From: an uncultured Methanomicrobiaceae archaeon
GTDB lineage: Archaea; Halobacteriota; Methanomicrobia; Methanomicrobiales; Methanoculleaceae
Length of the DNA stretch: 64,000 nucleotides
NCBI GenBank assembly: GCA_963826525.1
Contig: CAWGXH010000003.1
Location: 192,001 to 256,000, forward strand
Reading direction: 5' to 3'
Shown: one piece after another, positions 34,063 to 42,851 of the stretch
Position numbering within the stretch: position 1 is the stretch's first letter
Layout: each line of letters begins with the position of its first letter
Notes under the pieces: model-generated
Database searches by the model: none
What the model saw: only the letters and a program-made list of their open reading frames with translations
What the model was told of the DNA's origin: nothing
Position numbers and translations under genes: made by a program

Positions 34063-34310
34063 AATGCGGTCAAATTGGCGTTATTTCCGGTTTTACGCCT
34101 GCTTCCGGAGGCCGGATCCTGCCGCCGCAGGGAACCCGTGCATGTCGCGCCGATTGCGAAAACAATAAGAATCCTTGAGGTATATTGGCCGTATGAGCGG
34201 CGGTAATTTTTCGAGGGTGGATACCCTGCCTCGACCCGAGATCGGCCGTCTGTGGGCTTCTGTGAGGGCGGTCTTTTCGGCGGATTTTGCCCGGATTACG
34301 GGTATTTAAG
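34063..34310. repeat. ~250-bp non-coding dispersed repeat, copy 2 (same orientation as copy 1)
   Basis: Colinear similarity with 28535-28783. Confidence 0.9.
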
Positions 34311-34519
34311 GATTGCTTAACCGAACAGCAGCCTTGATGTATGCGCAGGCCTGAGCCGGTGATGCGAGCGGCGGGCAGGAGCAGCCGTCACGCTGCTAGG
34401 CCGTGCCGAGCGAGGGAGGGCGCCGGCGATCCCATACACCGGGAAGAACCAGGGCGATGTTCTGCAGCGACCACCGGGAGCAAGCTCGCCCGCGACGCCG
34501 CCCGAAAAAGAAGAGACCT

Positions 34520-34680
34520 CCCCATCATTCCCGGTGAGGAAGTCCGCCGCGGCCCGGATCACGTCGACCGCCGACCCGTCGCGGATCTGCCGGAGCCATC
34601 CCGGCGTTGGTAGGCCGCGGAGTTCTCGAGCACCGGCAGATCGGTGCCGGTCATGGCGCAGAGGAATGCAAGATCTCCGC
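34520..34680 (-). pseudogene. Gene remnant homologous to 37195-37325
   Basis: Both encode W-L-x-QIRDGSAVDVIR; shared nucleotides CCGGATCACxTCGACCGCCGAxCCGTCGCGGATCTGC. Confidence 0.6.
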
Positions 34681-34728
34681 CGTTAAGGTTTCATGTGTTT
34701 TGCGGTCGAAAAAGGTATGGAAACGTCG

Positions 34729-34962
34729 TTATTTTTGGATCGACATAAGATCTTCAGCCGCGTCTTTCATGTATTTGTAAGAATCATACACGCCCTGGTT
34801 GTAAAACTCCGGTGCTAATTTTTCCAGTATAAAATCCAACATCAGGCCCGCAGCCAGATCGCCGATCTCTTCTTCTTTCTCTTTCGAAAAATAGCCTTTT
34901 ATCTCAGAGACCATGTCGTTCCTTCTCTCTTTCGTCACTTTGATGGAATTTTCATTTTTCAT
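34729..34962 (-). CDS. DUF2164-family small protein (AT-rich, bacterial-like)
   Basis: IKGYFSKEKEEEIGDLAAGLMLDFILEKLAPEFYNQGVYDS; GGAGG RBS; clearly lower GC than the flanks. Confidence 0.8.
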   Translation of the reverse strand: MKNENSIKVTKERRNDMVSEIKGYFSKEKEEEIGDLAAGLMLDFILEKLAPEFYNQGVYDSYKYMKDAAEDLMSIQK

Positions 34963-35117
34963 TCAGATCATCCTCCTTAAAATCGCTACCGTTTTCATAA
35001 AAATCCTCTTAAGCACGGTCAGGCCGGCGGCACGTGCGAGGCGAGGATGAAATACCCTGCCCCGGCTGTTCTTGTACCTTTTTCCGAGGAGCGGCTTCGC
35101 CTCATCGAACCGGCTCG

Positions 35118-35864
35118 TCACAGCACCGACAGGAAATCCTCGCAGACTCGCCGAATGGTTCCCTCGTCCATTCGTTCGTATTTGTCCCGGGCATCGTCCG
35201 AATCGGGCAATCTCTCGATGCATCCCTTCAGGAAGGCATGGTGGTTCAGCATCTCGCCGAGGAGGTCGAGATCGAGATCGTGCCCGCCGTGCTCCGGGTC
35301 TAGCAGAGCCAGGACGTCGGCATTGTCTTTGACGAGTTTCGAGTACTCCCATTCGAGGTCGGACGATCTTCCCAGTTCGTAGCGGAACGAGCGATCCCAG
35401 ACGGCTTTCAGCTTCATGATCAGGAGCGCTCCGCGTGTCGGTACGGCCATTCGGACACCGCCTCTGATGGGCATGATGACGGCATAGTCGTCGAGGAAGT
35501 CGAGCACAAGTTCTCCCCGGCCGCCTTCGAACGGACCCGGCCGTTCTCTCGAGTAGAAGTCGAGGATGATGGTTTCCGAACCGGATTCTTTTTCCACGGT
35601 CTTATGGTGGGTGTATCGCTTGTAGTGGAACCCCTCGTGGTGAACGAGATGGTTCATCAGGCTTCCCCGTGTCTTGCTGTTGGTGACGAGGTCGATGTCC
35701 ACGGAACCGACGTACGGATTGTATGCATCGACCGCCCAGCCTCCGATAAGGATCGTCGTCGGATTGGGCGAGTCTCCTTCACGCTCGGCGACCCAGGCGA
35801 CGATCTTTCGGAGTTCGGCAAGAGAGCGCTCGACAACCTCCTGGCTCGGGTTATAGAGCGTCAA
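35118..35864 (-). CDS. Predicted nucleotidyltransferase (AbiEii-like, type IV TA toxin fold)
   Basis: TILIGGWAVDAYNPYVGSVDIDLV (GG..A..DxD); LLIMKLKA; KDNADV. Probable TTG start overlapping the upstream stop. Confidence 0.7.
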   Translation of the reverse strand: MTLYNPSQEVVERSLAELRKIVAWVAEREGDSPNPTTILIGGWAVDAYNPYVGSVDIDLVTNSKTRGSLMNHLVHHEGFHYKRYTHHKTVEKESGSETIILDFYSRERPGPFEGGRGELVLDFLDDYAVIMPIRGGVRMAVPTRGALLIMKLKAVWDRSFRYELGRSSDLEWEYSKLVKDNADVLALLDPEHGGHDLDLDLLGEMLNHHAFLKGCIERLPDSDDARDKYERMDEGTIRRVCEDFLSVL

Positions 35865-36883
35865 ACCTATCCACCATCGCTTTGGTGAGATCCATCGCGC
35901 TGTACCCGAATCCTGCAAGGTCGAGCAGGGTTTGTGCAGGGGATACGATGGTGATGCCCTCTTTCTGTTGCGTGTCGGTAAAGACGTCCCTGTCCGGTAC
36001 GTAGATCCATGCCCGTATACTGTTCCGGTTCGGCTCATCGAAGGACGTTTTGAAGATCTCGGTGAAGAGGTCGAGGTTTTTCTTATTGAGGTAGAGGTAG
36101 ACTGCGTCCTGGCGGACCGCATACCCCGTGTAGAGCCCGCCGGCGGTGTAGCCCGTGAAGGCGAACGGCACGTTCTGCTCGGAGAGCATGGAGGTGATGT
36201 CCCTCGCTGCCGGAATCGATCCGTCGAACTGTATCGGGATCTCCGCGATGTTCAGGTTCTTCATCGGCCGCTCCCAGGCGATGCCGTTCAGGAGTTTTTT
36301 CACATCGCTGATCTGAACGTAGTCTGTCGTTCTTCTTTGCGATGTTCTGGTTCATGAGCATCTCCACGGTTTTGTGTGCCCAGCCGTAGGAGACATTCTC
36401 CTGCAGTGCCAGCTGCCGGATGGACGTGCTCTTCTCTTTGAGCAGGCGGGATACGATCTTCCAGGATTTCTCAGAGGTGATCTTGCTCTTCGATGGCTTG
36501 AACTCGTCTTTCAGGGGTGGGCCGAGCGTCCAGGGGAGTTTTATCACCCGGATGCCGAGTTCCCGTGCGAGCTCTTCTTCCCGTGGGCGAATGGTCCTGG
36601 CAGCGATGACCATCTCGACCGGTGGCCGGTCGAGTCCCCGTCGATGCCAGATCTCCCGCAAGAGCTGCATTCGAGCAATCGTGTCGATCGATGCGACGTT
36701 CGCTTTTACCTCGACGAAGTAGAGCTGCTTGTCTTCTTTGAATACGATATCCGGCTGCAGTGGCAGTTCCATGCAGAGCGTATCGTACAGATTTCCGGTA
36801 TCAACGGTTTCGGCTCCTGGTGGCAGGCCGAGTGCGTCTCGGATGAACAGAGCGACTTCCGGAGACTGTTCTGTCAGAATCAT
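35851..36883 (-). CDS. AbiEi-like antitoxin/regulator with N-terminal PD-(D/E)xK-like domain and wHTH (frameshift ~36320)
   Basis: QPDIVFKEDKQLYFVEVKA; SIRQLALQENVSYGWAHKTVEML HTH; FAFTGYTAG...IVSPAQTLLDL C-terminal AbiEi-type pattern. Confidence 0.7.
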
Positions 36884-36886
36884 AGT

Positions 36887-36970
36887 TATCACTATATGGT
36901 GATATGTATTTATAATTATCAGTGATATGTATCACCATTAGGTGATACGTAAATAAATGTATCAGTGATA
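36887..36970. promoter_or_regulatory. Array of four palindromic operators in two 43-bp tandem units
   Basis: TATCAC-N6-GTGATA at 36887 and 36930; TATCAGTGATA at 36917 and 36960; an AT-rich TATA-like box in each unit. Confidence 0.8.
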
Positions 36971-36984
36971 GGCGGTCAGGACGT

Positions 36985-37130
36985 GAGCCGTTCCTGCCTG
37001 CTCTTCCTGTATCCGCTCGAGCAGCATGCTCGCGGGTTCGTATTTCCGCTGAGTGAGTTCCGCTTCGGTGGGCACGAGTTCGCCCCTGAAGGCTCTGGTG
37101 AGAATGGCTTCGGTAAGTCGGTCGACCCAG
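36985..37130 (-). pseudogene. hsdS: C-terminal remnant of a type I restriction-modification specificity subunit (HsdS)
   Basis: VDRLTEAILTRAFRGELVPTEAE...YEPASMLLERIQEE, the typical HsdS C-terminal signature. Confidence 0.75.
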
Positions 37131-37194
37131 GGGGGGGCGACGCCACCCTCGCGATCGCGATGGGCGGCGAGGCCGTCCGCGATGCCTATTCGTG

Positions 37195-37325
37195 CCAGCT
37201 CACGTGCCACGATCCGTCCGGCGAGATCACTTCCGTCACGTTCAGCCGGGACGTGCTCCGGATCACATCGACCGCCGAGCCGTCGCGGATCTGCTGCAGC
37301 CACCGGCGGAGGTCGCGGTAAGGGA
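37195..37325 (-). pseudogene. C-terminal gene remnant of unknown family (homologous to 34520-34680)
   Basis: PYRDLRRWLQQIRDGSAVDVIRSTSRLNVTEVISPDGSWHVSWHE*; no intact 5' part. Confidence 0.55.
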
Positions 37326-37420
37326 TCGCGTCGGTGAACGAGAGGGGCGCCCGGAAGGGTTAAGGGGTCAGAATACAGGCATATAAACATTTACTCGGGG
37401 ATTTGAACCCAAAAACAAAA

Positions 37421-37493
37421 AGCCCCAGCCGAGATTTGAACTCGGGGCCTGCTGATTACAAGTCAGCCGCTCTGCCAGCTAAGCCACTGGGGC
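37421..37493 (-). tRNA. tRNA-Thr(UGU)
   Basis: GCCCCAG acceptor stem; D arm GCTTAGCTGGCAGAGC; anticodon arm GCTGA-CTTGTAA-TCAGC; T arm CCGAG-TTCAAAT-CTCGG; no encoded CCA; T-run downstream. Confidence 0.96.
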
Positions 37494-37543
37494 GCAGCAT
37501 ATACGTTGGTCTTCCCGGATAAAAAGGATGGTGTTTGCAGGGG

Positions 37544-37816
37544 CTATCCCTCGCTGCTCCCGGCGGGAGATCGCTCCCGGCTCCAGACGACCCGATCGCC
37601 GTACCGGATCTCCGTCAGCCGGTGGTACGGGATGCAGGTTATGCGGTCGCCGGCGTCGACCTCGAAGTAGTAGGCGTCGAGCCCGCGGATCTGCCCGCCG
37701 TCGACGGAAGAGACGTCCCCCGGAGCGCCCCGGTTGACGTAGGTCAGTGAGACGAGGGCAAAGTCGCATGCCGGATCGTGGTAGAGCCGCAGCAGCAGGC
37801 GGTGACTTGTTCGCAT
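37544..37816 (-). CDS. DUF504/MJ1316-like small RNA-repair-associated protein
   Basis: MRTSHRLLLRLYHDP...YVNRGAPGD...CIPYHRL..VVWSR. Confidence 0.8.
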   Translation of the reverse strand: MRTSHRLLLRLYHDPACDFALVSLTYVNRGAPGDVSSVDGGQIRGLDAYYFEVDAGDRITCIPYHRLTEIRYGDRVVWSRERSPAGSSEG

Positions 37817-37971
37817 ACGTTCGTGCCCCGTGGGAGACTCGCTCTCCTTTCGTTTAATACCCCCGGTCGCCTCTGCCGTGCGGATCACGCCGCTCCGGTC
37901 GGGCGGATGCGGGTGGGGATCATCCTTAAGTCGAGGTTGTGCTAGAAGAGGGCACAGATCAGGATCTGTCT

Positions 37972-38763
37972 ATGTCCTGTGGAGACCCTACCGCTCCGGC
38001 CGACGACGAAGTCGCGATATCGGTTATCGTACCCGCACGGAACGAGGCAGCGACCATCGGGACCTGCCTTCGTTCCCTCTCCGAGCAGCGGCTGGAACGG
38101 GAGACCTACGAGATCATCGTGGTGGACGGGGATTCCTCGGACGAGACCTGCGATATCGCCGGGCGTCATGCAGACTGTGTGGTCGCTCAAGGTCGGAAGG
38201 GCATCGGCGGCGCCCGGAAAGACGGCGTGGATGCGGCCTCAGGCCGGGTGCTCGTCTTCACCGATGCCGATACGTCTCCCGCGCCGACGTGGCTCACGGC
38301 CATCGCCGAGAATCTGCTCGTGAACGGCTACGATGCCAGCACCGGCCCGATACGCTTCTGCGAAAGAACCATGCGCTCGGAGATCCTCCAGATCTGGCGC
38401 AAACAGTACCACCTCTTTCACATCTTCAACTACTACCGGCTGATCGGCTCGAACATCGCCATCACCCGCCAGGCATACGACCGGATCAGCGGGCACCGCG
38501 ACATCTCGCTTCTCGAAGACTACGATCTCTCGCTCCGGATGTTCCGCGAAGGCTCGATATTCTGCAACTATGACCCCCGCCAGATCGTCTACACCTCGAG
38601 CAGGCGGATCTGCAATCTCTTCAGTTACATGCTCGTCTACCTCTACGGCCAGTACCACTACCACGTCACCCGGGACTATACCCGCCTGCTGCAGTATCCC
38701 CGGTTCGACGAGATGAGCCTCAAGGTGATGCTCGAGCACCTCGCCGAGAATGCGGAAGAGTGA
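37972..38763 (+). CDS. Glycosyltransferase family 2
   Basis: ISVIVPARNEA; EIIVVDGDSSDET; FTDAD; EDYDL. Confidence 0.9.
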   Translation: MSCGDPTAPADDEVAISVIVPARNEAATIGTCLRSLSEQRLERETYEIIVVDGDSSDETCDIAGRHADCVVAQGRKGIGGARKDGVDAASGRVLVFTDADTSPAPTWLTAIAENLLVNGYDASTGPIRFCERTMRSEILQIWRKQYHLFHIFNYYRLIGSNIAITRQAYDRISGHRDISLLEDYDLSLRMFREGSIFCNYDPRQIVYTSSRRICNLFSYMLVYLYGQYHYHVTRDYTRLLQYPRFDEMSLKVMLEHLAENAEE

Positions 38764-38837
38764 GCGGGCGGCTCCGCACCCCGCTCCTTGCGGCGAATAA
38801 CAAACTCATTATGCAGTGATGACAAGAGTGTACCACG

Positions 38838-40064
38838 ATGGCTCACCTCACCGTTGATATCGGCGGTCGCCCCGGCCTTGACTGCAGAGGGTTCTGCGAC
38901 TACTGCTACTTCAAACACGTCTCCGGTGTCCGGTCGCTCGGGTGCCGCTACTGCCTTCCCTTCAAAGTGGGATGCGACTACTGCACCCGCGGCGTCCGGG
39001 AGATCTACGAAGGGTTCAAGGATCTCAGGACCGTGGCGGACGAGACGCTGGCAAACCTCAGCATCCGCGGCGACGACATCGACCGGATCACCATCAGCGG
39101 CGGGGGCGATCCGAGCTGCTACCCGCACTTTGCCGACCTCGTCGACCTGCTCTCCTCCATGGAAGCACCGCTCCATATCGGCTATACGAGCGGGAAGGGG
39201 TTCGACGACCCCGGCGTTGCCGACCTCTTGATCGACGGCGGGCTCTCGGAAGTCTCGTACACGGTCTTTGCGTCCGACCCGGCGCTCCGGAAGCGCTGGA
39301 TGCACGACCCCACCCCCGAGGCCTCGCTGAAGGTGCTGGAGCGGCTCGCCGAGGAGATCGACGTCTACGCTGCTGCGGTGGTCGTCCCCGGCGTCAACGA
39401 CGGCGAGGTTCTCGAGGAGACCTGCGACTGGCTGGAAGGGTGCGGGGTGAAAGGGCTCATCCTGATGCGGTTTGCAAACACGACCGAGCAGGGGCTGATC
39501 CTCGGCAACGCTCCCATCCTGAAGGGGCAGCAGGTGCATACGGTGCGGGAATTCGAGGAGATCGTCAGCGGCGCTGCCGAACGGCACGCTCTGAAGATAA
39601 GCGGAACGCCGCTTCTCGATGCGGAGATCGGCTCGCCGTTCGCCATCCTCCACGAACCCGATCTCTTAAAGAAGCTCCCTCGCGTCAGGAAGCAGGCGAC
39701 CGTCATCACCGGAAGCGTCGCGGCGCCGTTCATCCAGCGGGTGCTGCAGATCCGCGGCTACCAGTCCCGGGTCGTCAAGGTGAAGAAGGATATCGCCTGC
39801 CTGATCACCATCGACGATCTCCGCGCCCTCGACCTAAAGCGCCTTGAGGATGTCGTGATCATCCCGGGCAGGGCGTTCGTGCACGATAAAGAGGCGCAGG
39901 AGGTCCTTTCAGCCGATGGCACCTACCGTGAGGTGGTGCGCGGCCCTGATACGCTGACGGCCGATGCCGAGACCAGCATGGGGATGACGAAGGCTCAGGT
40001 TCTGCAGATGGAGCTCGACGGGTTTGCCGCCCTGATCAACATTATCAATCTTCACGGGAGATGA
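38838..40064 (+). CDS. mmp10: Methyl-coenzyme M reductase arginine methyltransferase Mmp10 (methanogenesis marker 10, radical SAM)
   Basis: DIGGRPGLDCRGFCDYCYF (CxxxCxxC); second Cys set GCRYC..GCDYC; ISGGGDPSCYP; LMRFAN; RGPDTLTADAETS. Confidence 0.92.
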   Translation: MAHLTVDIGGRPGLDCRGFCDYCYFKHVSGVRSLGCRYCLPFKVGCDYCTRGVREIYEGFKDLRTVADETLANLSIRGDDIDRITISGGGDPSCYPHFADLVDLLSSMEAPLHIGYTSGKGFDDPGVADLLIDGGLSEVSYTVFASDPALRKRWMHDPTPEASLKVLERLAEEIDVYAAAVVVPGVNDGEVLEETCDWLEGCGVKGLILMRFANTTEQGLILGNAPILKGQQVHTVREFEEIVSGAAERHALKISGTPLLDAEIGSPFAILHEPDLLKKLPRVRKQATVITGSVAAPFIQRVLQIRGYQSRVVKVKKDIACLITIDDLRALDLKRLEDVVIIPGRAFVHDKEAQEVLSADGTYREVVRGPDTLTADAETSMGMTKAQVLQMELDGFAALINIINLHGR

Positions 40065-40100
40065 CGCTCTCGGCAAGTTCGGCCTTTGGCAGCGTAAACC

Positions 40101-42692
40101 TTATCGCTGCTCCTTCGCTGGGAGAGCCCGGCACCCGGTCGTCCGCCCATATCCTTCCGCCGTAGCGTTCCACGAGGGCACGGCTGATATAGAGGCCGAG
40201 ACCCTTTCCGCTCTTTTTCCCCCGCTTTTGCGAAACCGGTAGAAGACCTCGGGTTTCAGGGGGTCGGGAATCCCGGGGCCGGTATCCTCCACCGATATCT
40301 CGACGTACCCGTCCGTATCCCGGGCGCCGATCGCGATAGCCACAGCCGGGCCGCCGAATTTGCGGCTGTTGCCGATGAGGTTGATGAAGACCTCGGGAAG
40401 GAGATTGTCGGCGAGCACGACCGCATCCGTCCCCGGGTAATGGACTTCCGCCTCTGGAAAGAGGTGAATCACCTCGCGGATAACGGTATCGAGCGTGGTC
40501 GGCGTTACGGCAGGTGCCTCCTCCTGCAGCCGCCGTATCGTCGAGACATTGCCGATGATCTCGATGCTCTGCCGGATGCCGGTGAGGAGTTTCTGCGCAA
40601 ACAACTTCTCATCCCCGGTGAGGATCTCTTCGAGGAGGGATGCGTACATCAGGGACGAGGTGTTGGCGTTGCTGATATCATGCGCCATCACGTCGAGGTA
40701 GAAGTTTGCCTGCTCGTTCGCCTCCTCGAGCCGGCGCTGGAGCATCAGCCGGTCGAGGGCTCTGCCCACCTCCCTGCCGATCGAGATGAGGATGCTTTTT
40801 TCCTCGTCTGTGAAGCGGTGCGGGCGCCTGCTGGTAAGGATCATAGCCCCGATACGGTCGCCGTCTGAGGTGAGGGGGATACGTGCAAGGGCACGGATCC
40901 CGGCACCTCCCGGATACCGGGACGGATAGTCTTCAGCGAAGCAGGGGCTCTCTCCCCCGAGGATACGGTCGTAGGGAGACTGATTGAGGCTGATCTCTCC
41001 CATATCGGGCATGAAACCCGGGGGGAGCCCTCGCCTGACAGCCGTTCTCGCCGTGCGGCCGGAAAGGTCGAAGAGGGAGATCGCTCCCCCCTCGAAGGCG
41101 ACGAGATCGAGCGTCCGGTCGAGAGCTCTCTGCATCAGATCGTCCGGGTCGGTCGAGGTGCTCGCGGCGCCGATCACCTGATTGATCGTATAGAGCTGCT
41201 TGTTACGCCTTTTTATCTTCTCTTCGGCGATTTTCCGCTCGCTGATATCGTTGAAGTAGAGGGAGAGCCCTCTGTTCCGGGGGAAGACCCTGACCTCGAA
41301 GTACCTGCCGTGCGAGGGGTCGAAGGTCTCGAAGGTGACGGGACGCTGCTCGTCGAGCACCCGGCGGAGGAGATCCTCAAAAGCGGTGCTCCCGGGTTCC
41401 GGAAAGACCTCGGTATACCGCTTTCCGATGAGTTCGTCACGCTGCACCCCGAGCAGCCGCCCGGCAGCCTCATTGGTATACGTGATGGTACGATCGCTGT
41501 CCATGGCGATGAAGGCGTCGCTGATACTCTCGAGGATCGTCTGAATCTGCGTCTTCGACTCGAGCAGCGCTGCCTCCGCCTCCTTCCTCTCGGTGATATC
41601 ATGGACGATGGAATGGAGGAGAGGCCGATTTTTCACGGTGATCGCCCCGCTGTACACCTCGACGTCCCTGACTTCGCCGTTCGCAAGCATGTGGCGGAAT
41701 ACGAAGTAGTTCCTGCGTTCGGCCAGTGCATGCTCCATCTCGGCTGCGACCTCACCCTCGTTCAGCGTATTGATCTCGGCGATCGTCATTCCGGTCAGGA
41801 CGTCGTGCGGATACCCGTAGAAACGTGATGCAGCGGGATTTGCGTCCACGATCTCGCCGGTGGCGGGATCGATGAGGAGCATGACGGCGAGGCTTTCGGT
41901 AAAGATATTTCGATACCGCTCTTCGCTCTCGCGGAGACTCTGTTCGGTCCGTATCCGTTCGACGACCCGGCCGAGCCGTCCGGCAACGGCGTCGATGAAC
42001 AATCGCTCCTCCTTCAGGAACGGCCCCACCCCTTCATCCTCCTCCGGATGTTCGCTCTGGTAGGAGACCTCAAGTCTCCCGACGGGTCTCCCGTGCACCC
42101 TGATACTGCTCGCTAAAAGCCAGGGCGTCGCGGTGAAAGCCTCGGTGCCGAACACGCGGCCGTCGAGAACGATCCGGACAACGGTATCCTTTGGGTACTG
42201 GAAGGCAGATAGGATGATGCTGAGCGCTTCCGAAAAGAGGTCCTCGAGCTGCAGCCCGGGGGTTTCGATGAGACGGGAGATGCCGTAGAGGCATGCAAGT
42301 TCCCGCTCCCGCTTCTGCAGGTTGCGCCGCTCAAGTGCGCAGCGGACTGCCTGCCGTATGAGGTCGGGGCCGAGCTGCTCTCGGGGAAGGTAATCCACGG
42401 CACCCTGCTCGAATGCCTGTAGTGCCGGCTCGTCGTCGGAGAGGATAATTATCGGTATGTCGCCGGCCTCCCGGTGCAGGCGGGTAAACGTCTCAAGCCC
42501 GCTGCTGTCGGAAAGTCCGAGGTCCAGGAGTATGATCGCGAACGTCCCGGCGGCAAGTGCGTCAAGCCCTTCCGAGAGACTACCGACGTGAACCGTTTCG
42601 AAACGGGGGAAGACCTCCTCGAGCAGTCTCCTGACGAGCCTTGCGTCTTTCGGGTTACCCTCGATGAGGAGGACCTTCTGTTTCATGTTCAT
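40101..42692 (-). CDS. Hybrid REC-PAS-PAS-GAF histidine kinase (frameshift near C-terminus)
   Basis: VLLIEGN..ILLDLGLSDSSG REC; two PAS; GAF; AHDISN; NLIGNSRKF; DTGPG. Confidence 0.88.
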   Translation of the reverse strand: MNMKQKVLLIEGNPKDARLVRRLLEEVFPRFETVHVGSLSEGLDALAAGTFAIILLDLGLSDSSGLETFTRLHREAGDIPIIILSDDEPALQAFEQGAVDYLPREQLGPDLIRQAVRCALERRNLQKRERELACLYGISRLIETPGLQLEDLFSEALSIILSAFQYPKDTVVRIVLDGRVFGTEAFTATPWLLASSIRVHGRPVGRLEVSYQSEHPEEDEGVGPFLKEERLFIDAVAGRLGRVVERIRTEQSLRESEERYRNIFTESLAVMLLIDPATGEIVDANPAASRFYGYPHDVLTGMTIAEINTLNEGEVAAEMEHALAERRNYFVFRHMLANGEVRDVEVYSGAITVKNRPLLHSIVHDITERKEAEAALLESKTQIQTILESISDAFIAMDSDRTITYTNEAAGRLLGVQRDELIGKRYTEVFPEPGSTAFEDLLRRVLDEQRPVTFETFDPSHGRYFEVRVFPRNRGLSLYFNDISERKIAEEKIKRRNKQLYTINQVIGAASTSTDPDDLMQRALDRTLDLVAFEGGAISLFDLSGRTARTAVRRGLPPGFMPDMGEISLNQSPYDRILGGESPCFAEDYPSRYPGGAGIRALARIPLTSDGDRIGAMILTSRRPHRFTDEEKSILISIGREVGRALDRLMLQRRLEEANEQANFYLDVMAHDISNANTSSLMYASLLEEILTGDEKLFAQKLLTGIRQSIEIIGNVSTIRRLQEEAPAVTPTTLDTVIREVIHLFPEAEVHYPGTDAVVLADNLLPEVFINLIGNSRKFGGPAVAIAIGARDTDGYVEISVEDTGPGIPDPLKPEVFYRFRKSGGKRAERVSASISAVPSWNATAEGYGRTTGCRALPAKEQR

Positions 42693-42851
42693 GTCTGGCA
42701 CACGACCGGGATCTTTCCTGCGTCCCATGCGTTCCTGCGCTCGGCAGAGCGCGGGCAGGCATACACCCTCTCTCAAGGGCGATGTGAGTATTAAGGATTA
42801 CCCTCTTTCGAAAGATACCCTGCGGGTCGCGGGAAAAAAGGTGTCCGGTCT

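Noticed and set aside
36887-36970. 43-bp tandem unit as a mini-CRISPR or replication iterons
   Set aside because: Only two units, made of palindromic half-sites directly over a promoter; an operator array explains it better.
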